Assembly (NCBI GenBank): GCA_951406725.2
Contig: OX597836.1
Span: forward strand, 2,046,001 to 2,110,000
DNA from: Octopus vulgaris
Lineage: Eukaryota
Length of the DNA: 64,000 nt
Reading direction: 5' to 3'
The notes below the pieces were generated by a model. The model ran no database searches and was not told the origin of the DNA. It saw only the letters and a program-made list of their open reading frames with translations. Of this stretch, positions 43,793 through 56,929 are shown piece by piece. The position numbers were made by a program, and so were the translations under genes. The stretch's first letter is position 1; every line of letters starts with the position of its first letter.

Positions 43793-44025
43793 AAGGCGGT
43801 GAGCTAGCAGAATCGTTAGCACGCCGGCTGGAATGCTTAGCGTTATTTCAGCTGCCGTTACGTTCTGAGTTCAAATTCCGCCGAGGTCGACTTTGCCTTT
43901 CATCCCTTCGGGGTTGATTAAATAAGTACCAGTTAGACACTGGAGTCGATGTAATCGACTTAATCGCTTTGTCTGTCCTTATTTCCCTCCTCTATGTTTA
44001 GCCTCCTGTGGGCACTAAAGAGATA
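43793..44025 (+). mobile_element. SINE family A monomer with a perfect 19-bp TSD
   Basis: aataacatcctgaaaattt at 43774-43792 and 44026-44044; intact head and core. Confidence 0.92.
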
Positions 44026-44990
44026 AATAACATCCTGAAAATTTGCATCAAATATACCTTAAGGAAAATATATTTTATAAAGTTTTGCCTTACAGCGTTT
44101 AAGTTTGAATTCACACGTGACTCTCCAGGCCAGAGCTGATAAATAATATCGTTTTTCATCAAAATTAAATAGGAAATGCAACATGCTACTTGCCAATGAA
44201 ATTTTATCCGTGAGTAATGTATAAGAAGTCTTTTATCAGACTGTAATTTTCAGAATTAAATGGTTTGACATTAACTAATTTAACAGTTTTGCTGTAACAA
44301 TTATTAACAATCTCGGATCTGTCTTTACAATCAATTATTAAAAGTATTCTATTACATTAGCCTGTTTAGATCACAACTAACAGTTAATATCTATCAGCAT
44401 TCTCCATTAATTGCAGCTCATACTCACATATCTTTCACAATTCGATAATAGTTCTAACTTTATCAGAATAAGCACTTCTACCATTTCACTACAACATATC
44501 AATATTCATGCAATCGAATTGTTCATTGCTGTGAAGGAAGAAACGATAGTGATTCTATTACTGTTCAACTTAATTTTCCAATAGTTAACAAGCTGACGAT
44601 AACGTCTCGGTATTTCTCTTCTTCGCGGAAAAAGCTGGGACGCAGGAACGCAATCTGATCCATTCTAATGATGAATGTAGCAGTTAAAAACAATTATTAT
44701 CTCTACAAAATTGAAGATGAACATGATTCGAGGATGCTGGGTATACCGTTACCATATATTTGCAGCTGCTTTTCTCTTTTGCCTTGCGCCCCTAAGACGG
44801 TTAACGCTGGTAACACCAAAGTTTCTTATTCCGTTTTGACATAACAATCTCCATTTTGTTCGCTCCAAGGCTGTTCACTGAAAGATGTTGTGAGCTATCT
44901 TCTCTGCTCAGAGGTTACTCTTCAGCTTGTCCTTATATCTAAGCCATGGTCTAACAGCATCCATGTGCCCACAGTCAAACTTGCTGCGAA

Positions 44991-45043
<53 letters not shown>

Positions 45044-45050
45044 CATCTCA

Positions 45051-45125
<75 letters not shown>

Positions 45126-45146
45126 TCTATCTATGTATCTAATTGT

Positions 45147-45214
<68 letters not shown>

Positions 45215-45228
45215 GTTTAAATATTTGA

Positions 45229-45570
45229 TGTGCAAGATTTTTTATGTGAAGTCGTGTGTTGAAACAGATATTGTTATATTTAGGAATGGTCATTTTGCCA
45301 GTTTAGCCAATAAAAACACACGCACTATATATTTGGTGTTACTTTGCTTCAGTGTTATTTATTTTTTACATTAATCTTAATCTTATTTCGGCCAGAGTTC
45401 TTTCGTCGCACTCCTGTGACCGCATCAGTGGTCCTTTGTTTTCTTCTCACTTATTTTTGTCTCTCCTTACTAACCGTTAGTAAGGAAATTAATCAATTTC
45501 ACCTAGTAGATTTATCGGTATGGAAAAGACCATATTTGGTAAGGGTTATAATAATTATAATTAAGGGTTA
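45229..45570 (-). mobile_element. Probable Penelope-like remnant with a degenerate hammerhead at 45389-45434
   Basis: Minus strand ggacca-CUGAUGC-ggucacaggagugcgac-GAAA-gaac-UC-uggcc; adjacent to (TA)n. Confidence 0.35.
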
Positions 45571-46248
45571 AATGCAACAAGTTGCTCAAAACCACATACC
45601 GAAAATATTAGAAATAGCAGCCAAAATTGATCACTGTTTCCTCTACTAGTAAAAAGTCTCTGAAAAGAAACATTGAAGATTGTTGCTATTTCAGTTGTTG
45701 TCTTGTACATGGAAATTGAGCCAACATGTAATAAGAAAAACCATTCCAGACATGTCTACATTTTTTCACATATAAAATGTAACGCAAGCTTTATTTTCTA
45801 ACGTGCCAGTATCAAGAAAATACGGAATGGTTGAGGGAGATATTCTTCCTATTTCCTGAGGGTCGACGGCCGCGTTCAAGACATTTCAACTGAAATGATA
45901 CAATTTCAACAGCGATTAAATTGTCTTCTGTCAGTTGTTTCCAGACGACTAAGTTCTTCTAAGAATCTTATCAAGCTGCAACACGAACTATTGTCTTTAT
46001 TACAGATTAAAAGAACAGAAAATAAGAAAGAAACAACACACTGACTTTTCTTTACTTTTCACTATCTTTTGTATTATTGTAAATTGTTCATTTATTTCTG
46101 TCAATAGTATCTTTATTTTCGAGGCGAATCTACTCGAAATGTATACGTTTAAAAAATAACCACTACTTGACATTTCCATGATAGCGAGGGCTGGAAAGGG
46201 AAGACAGATATATATGTACGTAAGTATATATACGTATGTATGTGTGTG

Positions 46249-46290
<42 letters not shown>

Positions 46291-46338
46291 GAGAGAGAGA
46301 GAGACAGCGAGAGATAGAAAGATATCTATGTATGTATG

Positions 46339-46388
<50 letters not shown>

Positions 46389-46483
46389 CAGAGAGAGATA
46401 GAAAGATATATATGTATGTATCTCTCTCTCTCTCTCTGTATATATATATATATGTATAGAATATATATATTTACATATATAGA

Positions 46484-46514
<31 letters not shown>

Positions 46515-47026
46515 CATATTTATACGTATACATATGTATATGTGTATGTGTGTGCGTATGTGTTCCTGTGTATGTGTATATTCATGAAATGGAGGGAACT
46601 TTTCTTTAGTTTTTATGAAGACAATCACATCATTTTGTGTCTCTCCCGGAATATATTTCGGGTTAGTCAGACATTTCTATTTTTATTTCATTTTTAATGT
46701 TGTACAAAATAGTTTTCTTTATTTTCGCAATTTTGAATCAGTTCTTTAGACTCTGATTTTGAAAACCTACAGCGATACTGAAGAATACACAAATAAGAAC
46801 TCGGCCGCACACATATATTCACACAGATATACATACTTACAAGCGCATGTACATACGGATATACACACATACATACACATTGACATACAGATAGATACGA
46901 AATGAATTACATACGTTCATAATTATACACATAGATAAATAGATATGTAGATTGATGTACAGACAGACACGTAGATAGATAGATAATTAGACAGATAGAT
47001 AATAGGTAGATAAATAGAGTGATCGG

Positions 47027-47074
<48 letters not shown>

Positions 47075-47259
47075 ATATTGGGTAAGGCATATAAAAGGTA
47101 CGAATTTATATGGTACAAATATATACGCTTGAGAATAAAGCGTTGATCGAGTGCCGAGTGTGGCGTGAATTTAATAAATGACAAACGAACAAAATTAACA
47201 TAATCAACACACTTTATATCCTTTCATACTCACACACACACACACACACACATACACAC

Positions 47260-47342
<83 letters not shown>

Positions 47343-47600
47343 AAATACCGTTTTCGTCAGATGAATTCAGGAATTTCAAAATAAAGGACATTCGAAATCA
47401 TTTAACATAGGTAAAATCCACGGCGCAAAAACATGTACAGTGATTCTGCTTTTATTTCAGTTCAAAGAATGGATTTACCAGAAGTGTGCCTTAGAAGGGT
47501 TGAGATGTCATGGAAAGTTAATGAACTGATTTTAAATTCTCAGACGCAGGATAATGCTAATAATATAGCCTGAACAGAATAAGCCACCCCTATTTTGCAG

Positions 47601-47660
47601 AAAAAAGTCTAGGCGGCCGGCTATGCGACTCGAACTCACACCACCTTGATTACGCGTCGC
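47601..47660 (-). pseudogene. tRNA-like 3' half with B box and downstream oligo-T
   Basis: Minus strand ...ggtggtgtGAGTTCGAGTCgcatagccggccgcc...tttttt; no 5' half. Confidence 0.35.
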
Positions 47661-47662
47661 AG

Positions 47663-47735
47663 GTTGAAAGTATGTGGAAAAAATATAAAACGTGGAAGAG
47701 AAATGCCTTTTATATTTTTTCCACATATTTTCAAC
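47663..47735. repeat. Inverted repeat/hairpin: 28-bp arms (27/28 match), 17-nt loop
   Basis: gttgaaagtatgtggaaaaaatataaaa ... ttttatattttttccacatattttcaac. Confidence 0.85.
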
Positions 47736-47815
47736 TCATAATTTTGCCACGTGGTGTATACTGAATCTTTGGTATCTTTGTAACTTGTATATTTGTATAT
47801 TTTAATAGTCCTCCA

Positions 47816-47866
<51 letters not shown>

Positions 47867-48357
47867 TAGATAGATAGATATGCTTAGCGTTCTTCAACTG
47901 AATATTTTATCTACAGACAGCACACCTGCAGATGTTTGCGGAGTTGCCATACTCAACTGGGTGATCTTGAAGGTTCTTCTGCCCAGCGCCTTTGAGTGTT
48001 TCCTGATTAGCAGACAGCTTCTCCGCCGTCACAGACAAAACCATCATGCTGCTTCCCATGGTTTCACCGTAGCCCTCGTTCGATCACATTTCATAATTGA
48101 CGTTTACTCCTGTAGGGTTGATATTTTAGTCTGGCACCTGACCCTCGACACCTCTTGCAAATGTGGCCTCAGCAGGATTTGAACTCACAGCAGCATTGTT
48201 CTTCTGATCATTGTATCTCTTATTTAACCTTATAAAACTATAAAAATTAAAAGTGCTCAAATCTAAAATTATAAGTAAAATAAAATTATATAAAAAATAT
48301 ACATACATATGATAAAATATACTTGCCAACTAAATGTGGCCGTCCTATATATATGTG

Positions 48358-48395
<38 letters not shown>

Positions 48396-49417
48396 GGTAT
48401 GTATGTGTTATTGGATGATCGTTGAATACGCATGAGTTCCTCTGCTATTTGATTGCTCATATTTTGACGCACGTGGTGTCGAACTATATAATATAATCCC
48501 CCCTAACATTGACCCGTTAGGAATAAAGGGGGAATTCAAAGAATTGCCACCAGTAGTGGATTTAGTAGAAATCGAACCACTAATGAAATATTACTAAAAA
48601 GTAAATAAGTATGTCAAAGCGACAGGAAAAAATAAAAGTAAAAGAAAAAGAAAAAGGAGGTAAAAAAAGGAAAAAGAAAGTTTAAGTGTTTTATGTTATG
48701 TTTAATAATATCGGAAAATAGAAGAACAATTTTAGAGAACGTATATAACGGTTCGAATAACTGTAATGGCTGACGATAATTAATTGTTAGTTAAATACAT
48801 GATAAAAACGGACAGTTTATAAAGCTTGATGGTAACGCATGTGATGAGGGGCGCATGCAGGCATTCATAACCCCATTATTGTATAACCATCTCATCATAT
48901 TCGTTCTACGTATTGTCCCCTCTGTGGTGTCCTGTCTGTCCTTGTTTGTCCCCCTCTATGTTTGGGCCCTTGTGGCTAATAAAGAAACCGAACTATATAA
49001 TATAATCCACCTCACCGAGGAAGCCAGGTAACTTTGTTAATTTAGTCGCTGATGATCCGACCACGTAATGGGTAGCACTGGGTAGCATTTTGTGCATTAG
49101 CGCTTAAGAGGGACCTATATACGAAAGTGGATATACAAGACCGCTTCTTTTTTGCCGTCGTCATATACATCATCCACTTTCATATTCATACACACAGAAA
49201 CACACACACGTACATTTGTGCATCTTTCTACATATGCATGTGTGTGTATGACTGTTTATTCATGTCTATGCCTAAATATAAATGTATGTATGCATGCAGG
49301 TACATCTTATATCCCTACAAATGTAAACACACACATATACACGCACATATATGAAAATATAAATATAGATATATACACATACATAGACAATACATACATT
49401 CCCATCTATATCTATCA

Positions 49418-49585
<168 letters not shown>

Positions 49586-50591
49586 ATATATATAAATGCA
49601 AGTATATATATATATATATGTGTGTTCGTCTGTGTATATATATTTACATGCCTAATGTATGCAGACACATATATAAATATTATACATACATATGTGTGCG
49701 CGTGTGTGTGCGTGTGTGTTTATGGGCAGGTAAGCACGATCGCTCTTCATCCATCTGATAATTACTGCAGCTCCTTCCTCTCCTAATAATGTGCTTTGCC
49801 AATTTATACTTAATTAATCAGGTCTTCATTTTACACTTTTATAGAAAGATGGAGAGTGTGCCAAAATAGTGCCACCACCGCCGAAAACCCCACCATCACC
49901 ACTAGCACCACCGCCACCACCACCAGCAACAACATCAACATCACTAACACGAAAACAGTCCCCTCCACCTACAATAAATACCACAACAGTATCACGAGAA
50001 ATACAGTTAATTCCATCACCATGACCACCACTACCTATAATACCAGCATAACCATCATCACAATCCCAACTGCGTTTCAAGTAGCACCGACATAACCACC
50101 ATCGACTGTACCATCGTTGTCACCCTCCAAATCGTTGTAAGCAAAACTACAAAACCCCGTCGGAAAGTCACCCTCACCGCAGAGGCAATGTATATATCTA
50201 CCGCAATCAAAGCCACTACCTGCTCTACACCCCACGAATGAATAGGACGACTTCACACACCACCACAACCGTGACCATAATATCTGCGAATCACTACAAC
50301 CGCATTTCCCACTACCGCAAAAAGAAAAAAATCGACCACCACCTCCACCACCAGCACCAATACCACCACGACAACAATAAGCAAAGATTCTATAATTACT
50401 TCCCACTAACCGCATTACTTCCAACAATGCTACTAATAAGAGCATTATTAAGTAAACGTGGGGAAGTTATTATCGTCCGATCAGATGCCTAGAAGTAACT
50501 GCCAGGTCCCGTCCCCATCCCCTCTCGCAGGTCCTATTATCGTAGATACATAAATAAAAAGGAGAAGAAAAACAAGTTCAACAATAACAGA

Positions 50592-50636
50592 AATAATAAT
50601 AATAATAATATAGTAGTAATAATAATAGTAGTAGTA

Positions 50637-50673
<37 letters not shown>
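50592..50673. repeat. (AAT)n/(AGT)n microsatellite
   Basis: Direct inspection. Confidence 0.95.
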
Positions 50674-50674
<1 letters not shown>

Positions 50675-50734
50675 CAACTGAGTAACTAATTTGCTCCTTG
50701 CTTTTATTAGTCTGTGGGAAGTCGCCTTGTTTTT

Positions 50735-51073
50735 CGTTTCGAGATGTCCTCTGCTGACACCAAACGGTTACAAAAATGGCTGCGATAATGTAGGACTACA
50801 TTTACATTGGAAAATATGTAACACTACAGAATCAGCACCCCTGCCTACTGGTAGAGCCAGTCGTTGACGGTAGAAGTGACAGTATCTCACGGGCTTTTCC
50901 AGTCAACACTGATAGAACGATCAAGGTTAATCGGCCGCACATAATCATGAAAAACGGGTAAGAAAATACTTATAAACTAATAGATGTAAATATTCCCACT
51001 GATAAAAATATATCTGTAAAGGAATTTGGCAAATTAAGTAAATATTGAAATACAAAAGATGTGTTATCTTAAA
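50735..51073 (+). mobile_element. R4/Dong-type non-LTR retrotransposon remnant (end of zinc knuckle plus restriction-like endonuclease)
   Basis: SRCPLLTPNGYKNGCDNVGLHLHWKIC; FPVNTDRTIKVNRPHII...LIDVNIPTDKNISVKEFGKLSKY; IEIQKM. Matches the RHD/N...LHW and RPDII...IDV..P.D...KE.EKL.KY patterns. Confidence 0.85.
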
Positions 51074-51077
51074 GCGA

Positions 51078-51210
51078 GCATATGACGTAGTGGTTAAGAG
51101 CAAAGAGCTACTAAACCCCAAGATTCCGAGTTCGATTCCCGGCTGTGACCTGAATAATAATAATAATAATAATGATAATAATAATAATAATGATGATGAT
51201 GATGATGATC
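51078..51210 (+). mobile_element. Short tRNA-derived SINE with (AAT)n/(GAT)n tail
   Basis: A-box-like tgacgtagtggttaag, B box gagttcgattcc, ends gtgacctg followed by (aat)n. Confidence 0.7.
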
Positions 51211-51315
51211 TTAAGGAAAGTAATATCTGTCTGAGGTCCTTGCGACTTGACAGATGACTAAAGACTCCGCTGCATTTTTACCTTCACTGTGTTACGAAGG
51301 AATAATGCGTGAAGT

Positions 51316-51678
51316 GTGGAGGCGCAATGGTCCAGTGGTTAGGGCAGCGGACTCGCGGTCATAGGATCGCGGTTTCGATTCCCAGACCGGGCGTTGTGAG
51401 TGTTTATTGTGCGAAAACACCTAAAGCTCCACGAGGCTCCGGCAGGGGTTGGTGGTGATCCCTGCTGTACTCTTTCACCACAACTTTCTCTCACTCTTAC
51501 TTCCTGTTTCTGTTGTACCTGTATTTCAAAGGGCCGGCCTTGTCACTCTCTGTGTCACACTGAATATCCCCGAGAACTACGTTAAGGGTACACGTGTCTG
51601 TTAAGGGTACACGAGCAGGCTGTTCCGTTGATTCGGATCAACCGGAATCCTCGTCGTCGTAACCGACGGAGTGCTTCC
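51316..51678 (+). mobile_element. tRNA-derived SINE family B, young near-full-length copy
   Basis: Head ggcgcaatggtccagtggttagggcagcggactcgcggtc...gtttcgattccc; TSD taatg(c/g)gtgaag at 51303-51314 and 51679-51690; local duplication/deletion at 51581-51613. Confidence 0.92.
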
Positions 51679-52443
51679 TAATGGGTGAAGATAGAGAAAA
51701 AGGCCCAGGTGACTAGACTTACTTTAAGTAGTCACCTTTTGAATGAAAAGTACTGGAGACCTCTGCCTGGTGGTGATAGCGACTCAGCGTCTGTGGACTT
51801 CTTTCATTACCTCTGGTAGGTAATATTTTAGACGAAGAAAACCCCGACGGTTATGAAGTTTGATTATAATGGCGCCTGTAAAATAACACGAGGCAATTTA
51901 ACCGTCGTAGATCTGTGCTAAAATTGATGAAGGAAGCTTCATCAAATCTGATATATTTATATGTAAACGTTTGCTTGTTCAATTCTGACTTTGGACTATA
52001 CGACAATAATACAACTATACCACAATAATAACAGCAAAGCGAGCAAATATCTCCGTAGTATTGTCTCATTATTGGTCGCAATCTTTTGACTGTATCTGGC
52101 AAACAGACGAAAATATCAGCATCGTGTTTATTCAAGTTTCCGTGTGTGTTTGTATTTTAAAACGGCTCAATAGACTGCCGTGAGCTTTATATTTAGAAAT
52201 GTCGCCTGCAGTAGACTGTTGACCTATACACCCGATTAACGTCATCAAACCATGGCTAAGTATACGGAAATTGAAGTGCATTAGATAATATTTAATTTTG
52301 CGACTGTCTGGTTTTGACAATATGGGGCAATTATGATTAATCCACTTGTTATAACATATAATAGAGACTACCGCTGGACTGTAGGAATGTAGGTACTGCT
52401 ATACATATATACATAAACCTATAATGTGTGGTGTGTGCGTTTA

Positions 52444-52496
<53 letters not shown>

Positions 52497-52763
52497 CTCA
52501 CACATTCCTATATACGTAGGTGCACACACATTATCTACATGCACGTACACATATGTGTGAGGGTGAGTATGTATCTGCAAAGGGAAATAGTGATGGAGAG
52601 AAAGAGAAGAAAAAGACAGAGTTGTTAAGAACATTTTGAGGCATTTCTAAATTCATATATGTGTGTGTTTGTATGTTTGTGTATGTGTGTATATGCATGT
52701 ATATATATATATATATATACACACATACAAATTCAAGAGCTAAGGAATGGTGTGGATAAAACG

Positions 52764-52852
52764 AGGGCTACATATGTTTCAAACCGCATGGAACCTCGGA
52801 AGTGGGGAATATTTAAGCGTGTCTGTATACAGTAGGCTGCTCTTCAGGCCTT
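52764..52852 (-). ncRNA. Type I hammerhead ribozyme core with a long, weakly paired stem II
   Basis: Minus strand aaGGC-CUGAAGA (52847-52841)-G...U-GAAA (52780-52777)-C-AUAU-G-UA|GCCcu; palindromic stem III. Confidence 0.6.
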
Positions 52853-53310
52853 GGATATTTTATACACTTCGCTTAGATATTTACTACTTTCGAGGATCAA
52901 TCACTATTAAACATATGTAGCCCGGATCTTATCTACTCCATTCCGGAACTCTTCTATGCTTATTTGCATACCCGGGAAACTTGGTCACTTACCGTGAAAT
53001 ATAAAAACAATATTTTTTCAGTTTATCATGCTTCGATACGAAAACAATCCACAACCTTCTATCTCAATAAACCACTTTCGTCCTTGAAATCTGATTTTGA
53101 TATTTAATACGGATTGCTTGAAACTAATATTCTTCCTACACTTCGATGTCTGGATCTTATATGTATGTTTGTATGTATGTATCGTGCACACACACATATA
53201 TATATATATATGTGTACGATTTCTATTTTAGATTGTAGATAATTTTATGTAGTTTGATTATATATTTGCTATTGCCAGTAAGTTCAACGTCTTACATACA
53301 TTGGATATGT

Positions 53311-53696
53311 AAGTACTCAGTCGGTTACGACGACGAGGGTTCCGGTTGATCCGAATCAATGGAACAGCCTGCTCGGGAAATTAACGTGTAAGTGGCTGAG
53401 CATTCCACAGACACGTGTTCCCTTAACGTAGTTCTCGGGGATATTCAGTGTGACACAGAGAGTGACAAGGCCGGCCCTTTGAAATACAGGTACAACAGAA
53501 ACAGGAAGTAAGAGTGAGAGAAAGTTGTGGTGAAAGAGTACAGCAGGGATCACCACCATCCCCTGCCGGAGCCTCGTGGAGCTTTAGGTGTTTTTGCTCA
53601 ATAAACACTCACAACGCCCGGTCTGGGTGGGAATCGAAACCGCGATCCTATGACCGCGAGTCCGCTGCCCTAACCACTGGGCCATTGAGCCTCCAC
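53311..53696 (-). mobile_element. tRNA-derived SINE family B, full-length copy
   Basis: Reverse complement matches 51316-51600 with about 6 substitutions and one 4-nt indel (counted by eye); TSD-like tacat(a/c)catt. Confidence 0.92.
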
Positions 53697-53736
53697 TACA
53701 TCCATTACAAATGTAACGTATACACATTTTGATATA

Positions 53737-53799
<63 letters not shown>

Positions 53800-54185
53800 G
53801 TCTCTGTGTGTGTGTTTTTTTGGGTGGATGCATGCATGTTTGTTTGTGTATATACATACAAACAGGCGTGCACGCGCAGACTCACTCGCATACACACACA
53901 TACAAACGCGTACGCGGACATCGTTGCACGTAGTTGTTTTAACCACGGGCCTGACTTGACGCAAACAGTATTTCCCATTTACCGACCGACCTGATATCGT
54001 TGAAGACCCACCCCATCTGACCTGTTCAAATCATTTGTTTATCTTGATCAAATGTTAGCGTTGTATATATGCCCCCTCCCTCCATCAAATCGTCGTTACC
54101 TGAGCAGCTGCACGTTGTACAACGCGGCAGGTGACGAAATTATCGCATAGGGACGACAATTGAAGTGTTTCGCTCAAGATCACAT

Positions 54186-54268
54186 CTTGAGCTCAGATTG
54201 TAGAACGCTCGATTAGCATGCGAGAGGAACCGGGTTCGATACCCGGATTCTCCACTTGTTTACATTTT
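54186..54268 (+). pseudogene. 5'-truncated tRNA-Ala(AGC) pseudogene with 3' trailer, flanked by a 14-bp direct repeat
   Basis: agctcagattgtagaacgctcgattAGCatgcgagaggaaccgggttcgatacccggattctcca; anticodon at 54215-54217; 5' acceptor strand missing; gctcaagatcacat at 54172-54185 and 54269-54282. Confidence 0.85.
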
Positions 54269-54540
54269 GCTCAAGATCACATGGCACGCTGGTTTGATCG
54301 GACGTCAGCATTTTCGAATATCATTAAGAAAACGACAACACAAAGAGGAATTGCATCAACATTAATTGTCTATTGTAGCTCCAGCTGAGCCGTACGTTCT
54401 AAGACTTTTTCTTTTCTCGATGCGCTCGATGGAATTAATTTAGAAAAATCCAAGCATTGGCCTAGAATATTTCTTTTATTCTTGGCAGATTCTGTAAGAA
54501 ATACGTTTTGGATTAGATAATCCCTCTCCGTGAAAGGTTA

Positions 54541-54604
<64 letters not shown>

Positions 54605-54682
54605 TTATTTATTTATGCGTGTGTGTGTATGCAAATGTTAATATATATGTATATATGTATATATATATATATATATACATAC

Positions 54683-54750
<68 letters not shown>

Positions 54751-54751
54751 G

Positions 54752-54797
<46 letters not shown>

Positions 54798-54811
54798 TAT
54801 ACGTATTTATG

Positions 54812-54853
<42 letters not shown>

Positions 54854-55554
54854 CGTGTATGTGTGTGTATGTGTGTGTATTTGTTTTCAATGCTTAACCG
54901 AAGGTGGAATAGAAATATTTATTTCGGCTGTGACTACCACATTATAATTACATGATGTAATTTCTTTGTTCGTTGTTCTCTGGGTTCTTTCATCTCACTG
55001 AAAGCTTTAAGGTATAATTAATTCAGCGGCGATATATGTAGCAACGGCTCCAATGATCGCGTAGATGCTCCCTTACCGATGATATAAAGCAGATGGCTTG
55101 CATAATTGAAGCCAACACTTTAACGTGTTTTGAATTCAGAGTTGAATTAATTTAATAATTCTGCATGCCAGAAGTTCACGACGAACAATCACAATCCACA
55201 TAACATACCTTCCTTTTCTTTCTTCCATGATATTAGTGGTTTTCGTTGCAGTAATGTTAAGGCATGGCTCTATATATTTTCTAGTATGTAATTATATATC
55301 TTTATATCTGTATCTCATTGACTGTGTAAACTGACATGTCCCAGATAGGTATGGTCACTTTGTCACATCAGAAACATTGTAACGGTATGACGAATGAAAC
55401 GTCCTTCGGATATATCCTGCGTTCAAATTCCGTTGAAGTCAACAGTGCTTTGGTTGATTCCAGTGTCTTTTAATACAAAGGACCATTGACATACCTGAAA
55501 AGCAATGCAATTGTACTTAAGTTGTATATCCAAACTCTTCATAAGTAATGGTAA

Positions 55555-55740
55555 GATGGCAGTCTGGCAGACCCGGTAGCATGCCGGCTATAAGGCTTAG
55601 CGCCATTTCATAGGTCTTGATGTTCTGAGTTCAGACGTCACCGAGGTCGACTTTACCTTTCAAACTTTCGTGATCTAAGCAATCGGCTCATCAGCTCTTT
55701 AGAAGTTACTGGTCTGGTTCTAAAATTTAAAGCCATTATA
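55555..55740 (+). mobile_element. SINE family A, degraded
   Basis: ctggcagacccggtagcatgccgg...gttctgagttc...ccgaggtcgactttacctttc. Confidence 0.75.
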
Positions 55741-56414
55741 AATAATAGTAGTCCCAATAGTCCTCCCATAGATTTTTGTGTTAATAAGATTATGTTTACG
55801 TAATACTTTGTGTTTCCAATTCTGAGGTACAATTATCGGTGACCATGTGAAATCACTTTACCACATCTTATTATTCCAAATATTGTTTTAAAATCGAGAG
55901 AATTGACGTATCTTTTTTTATACTTAGTTTTCATTTAATTCCTATGACTTCAAGATGATGCCAATGAGCATGGAAACTGCTACATCAACCCGATACGGAT
56001 CGGATTGATGATGTTTAAGATCCTCTCAAGTTCAAGAGCTCCTGAAGCGCTGACTGCAAGGAAAGTCATACGTAGCGAACTAAACGCCTAACGTCCATCG
56101 AAGGAAAGACCATGTGAATTTAAGCAACGACTGGAGGAGTGGGCTCGGAAGGAGCGATATGAAGTGTAGACATGAGTTCTTGAGGGGAGACGAATGAGCA
56201 AAGGACGGATGAACAAAGTGTTTATTTCTAGTTCCATCTACGTTCATTTACATTCGAATAGGGCAGCGCCACCTATTCATTTCAGCCTGCAAAAGCTCGA
56301 CGAAGCATGCATTGGTCAAGCTCTGAAGTTTAAATAGTCGATTGGTTCCTACCCCGTTAGTTTGGTACTTCTGTCGAACCCAAAATACATTATTATATTA
56401 TTGTGCAAACGAAA

Positions 56415-56795
56415 ACGATGCTTAGCGACACTTTTTCCGATTTTATATTGCAGGGATCGACTTCACCTTCCATCCTTTCGGGATCAATAAAATAAGTATC
56501 AGTTGATAACTAGGGTCGACACAATCTTCCACGAAACTACTGAGATCGTGTCAAAATTTAAAACCAATATTATATGAGTGGATTGGCAAAGTTGTTAAAG
56601 CATTCTGCTATTCCTTGCGACTCTTTGAGTTCTGAGTTCAAACTCCGCCAGCATCGCCGTTGCCATCCACCATTTCAGCATCGACAAAGTAAGGAACTAT
56701 CACATACCTATACACTTGGGGGGGGGGGTCGATGAAATTGACTATTAGCCTCCCCTTAAATTTGCAGAAATTGTGCCAAAACTTTCAACCACATT
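56415..56795 (+). mobile_element. Two tandem degraded family A SINEs
   Basis: tcgacttcaccttccatcctttcgggatcaataaaataagtatcag core; second copy ends ttgtgccaaaactttcaaccac followed by (att)n. Confidence 0.7.
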
Positions 56796-56808
56796 ATTAT
56801 TAATATTA

Positions 56809-56869
<61 letters not shown>

Positions 56870-56884
56870 TATCATTATCATTAA

Positions 56885-56929
<45 letters not shown>

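Noticed and set aside
49856-50400. Thr/Pro/His-rich mucin-like ORFs (similar at 16268-16803 and 62477-62660)
   Set aside because: Decayed (ACC/AAC)n low-complexity tracts with stops in all frames
51400-51585. 61-aa ORF duplicated at 53423-53608
   Set aside because: Both lie inside family B SINE copies; the similarity reflects the repeat
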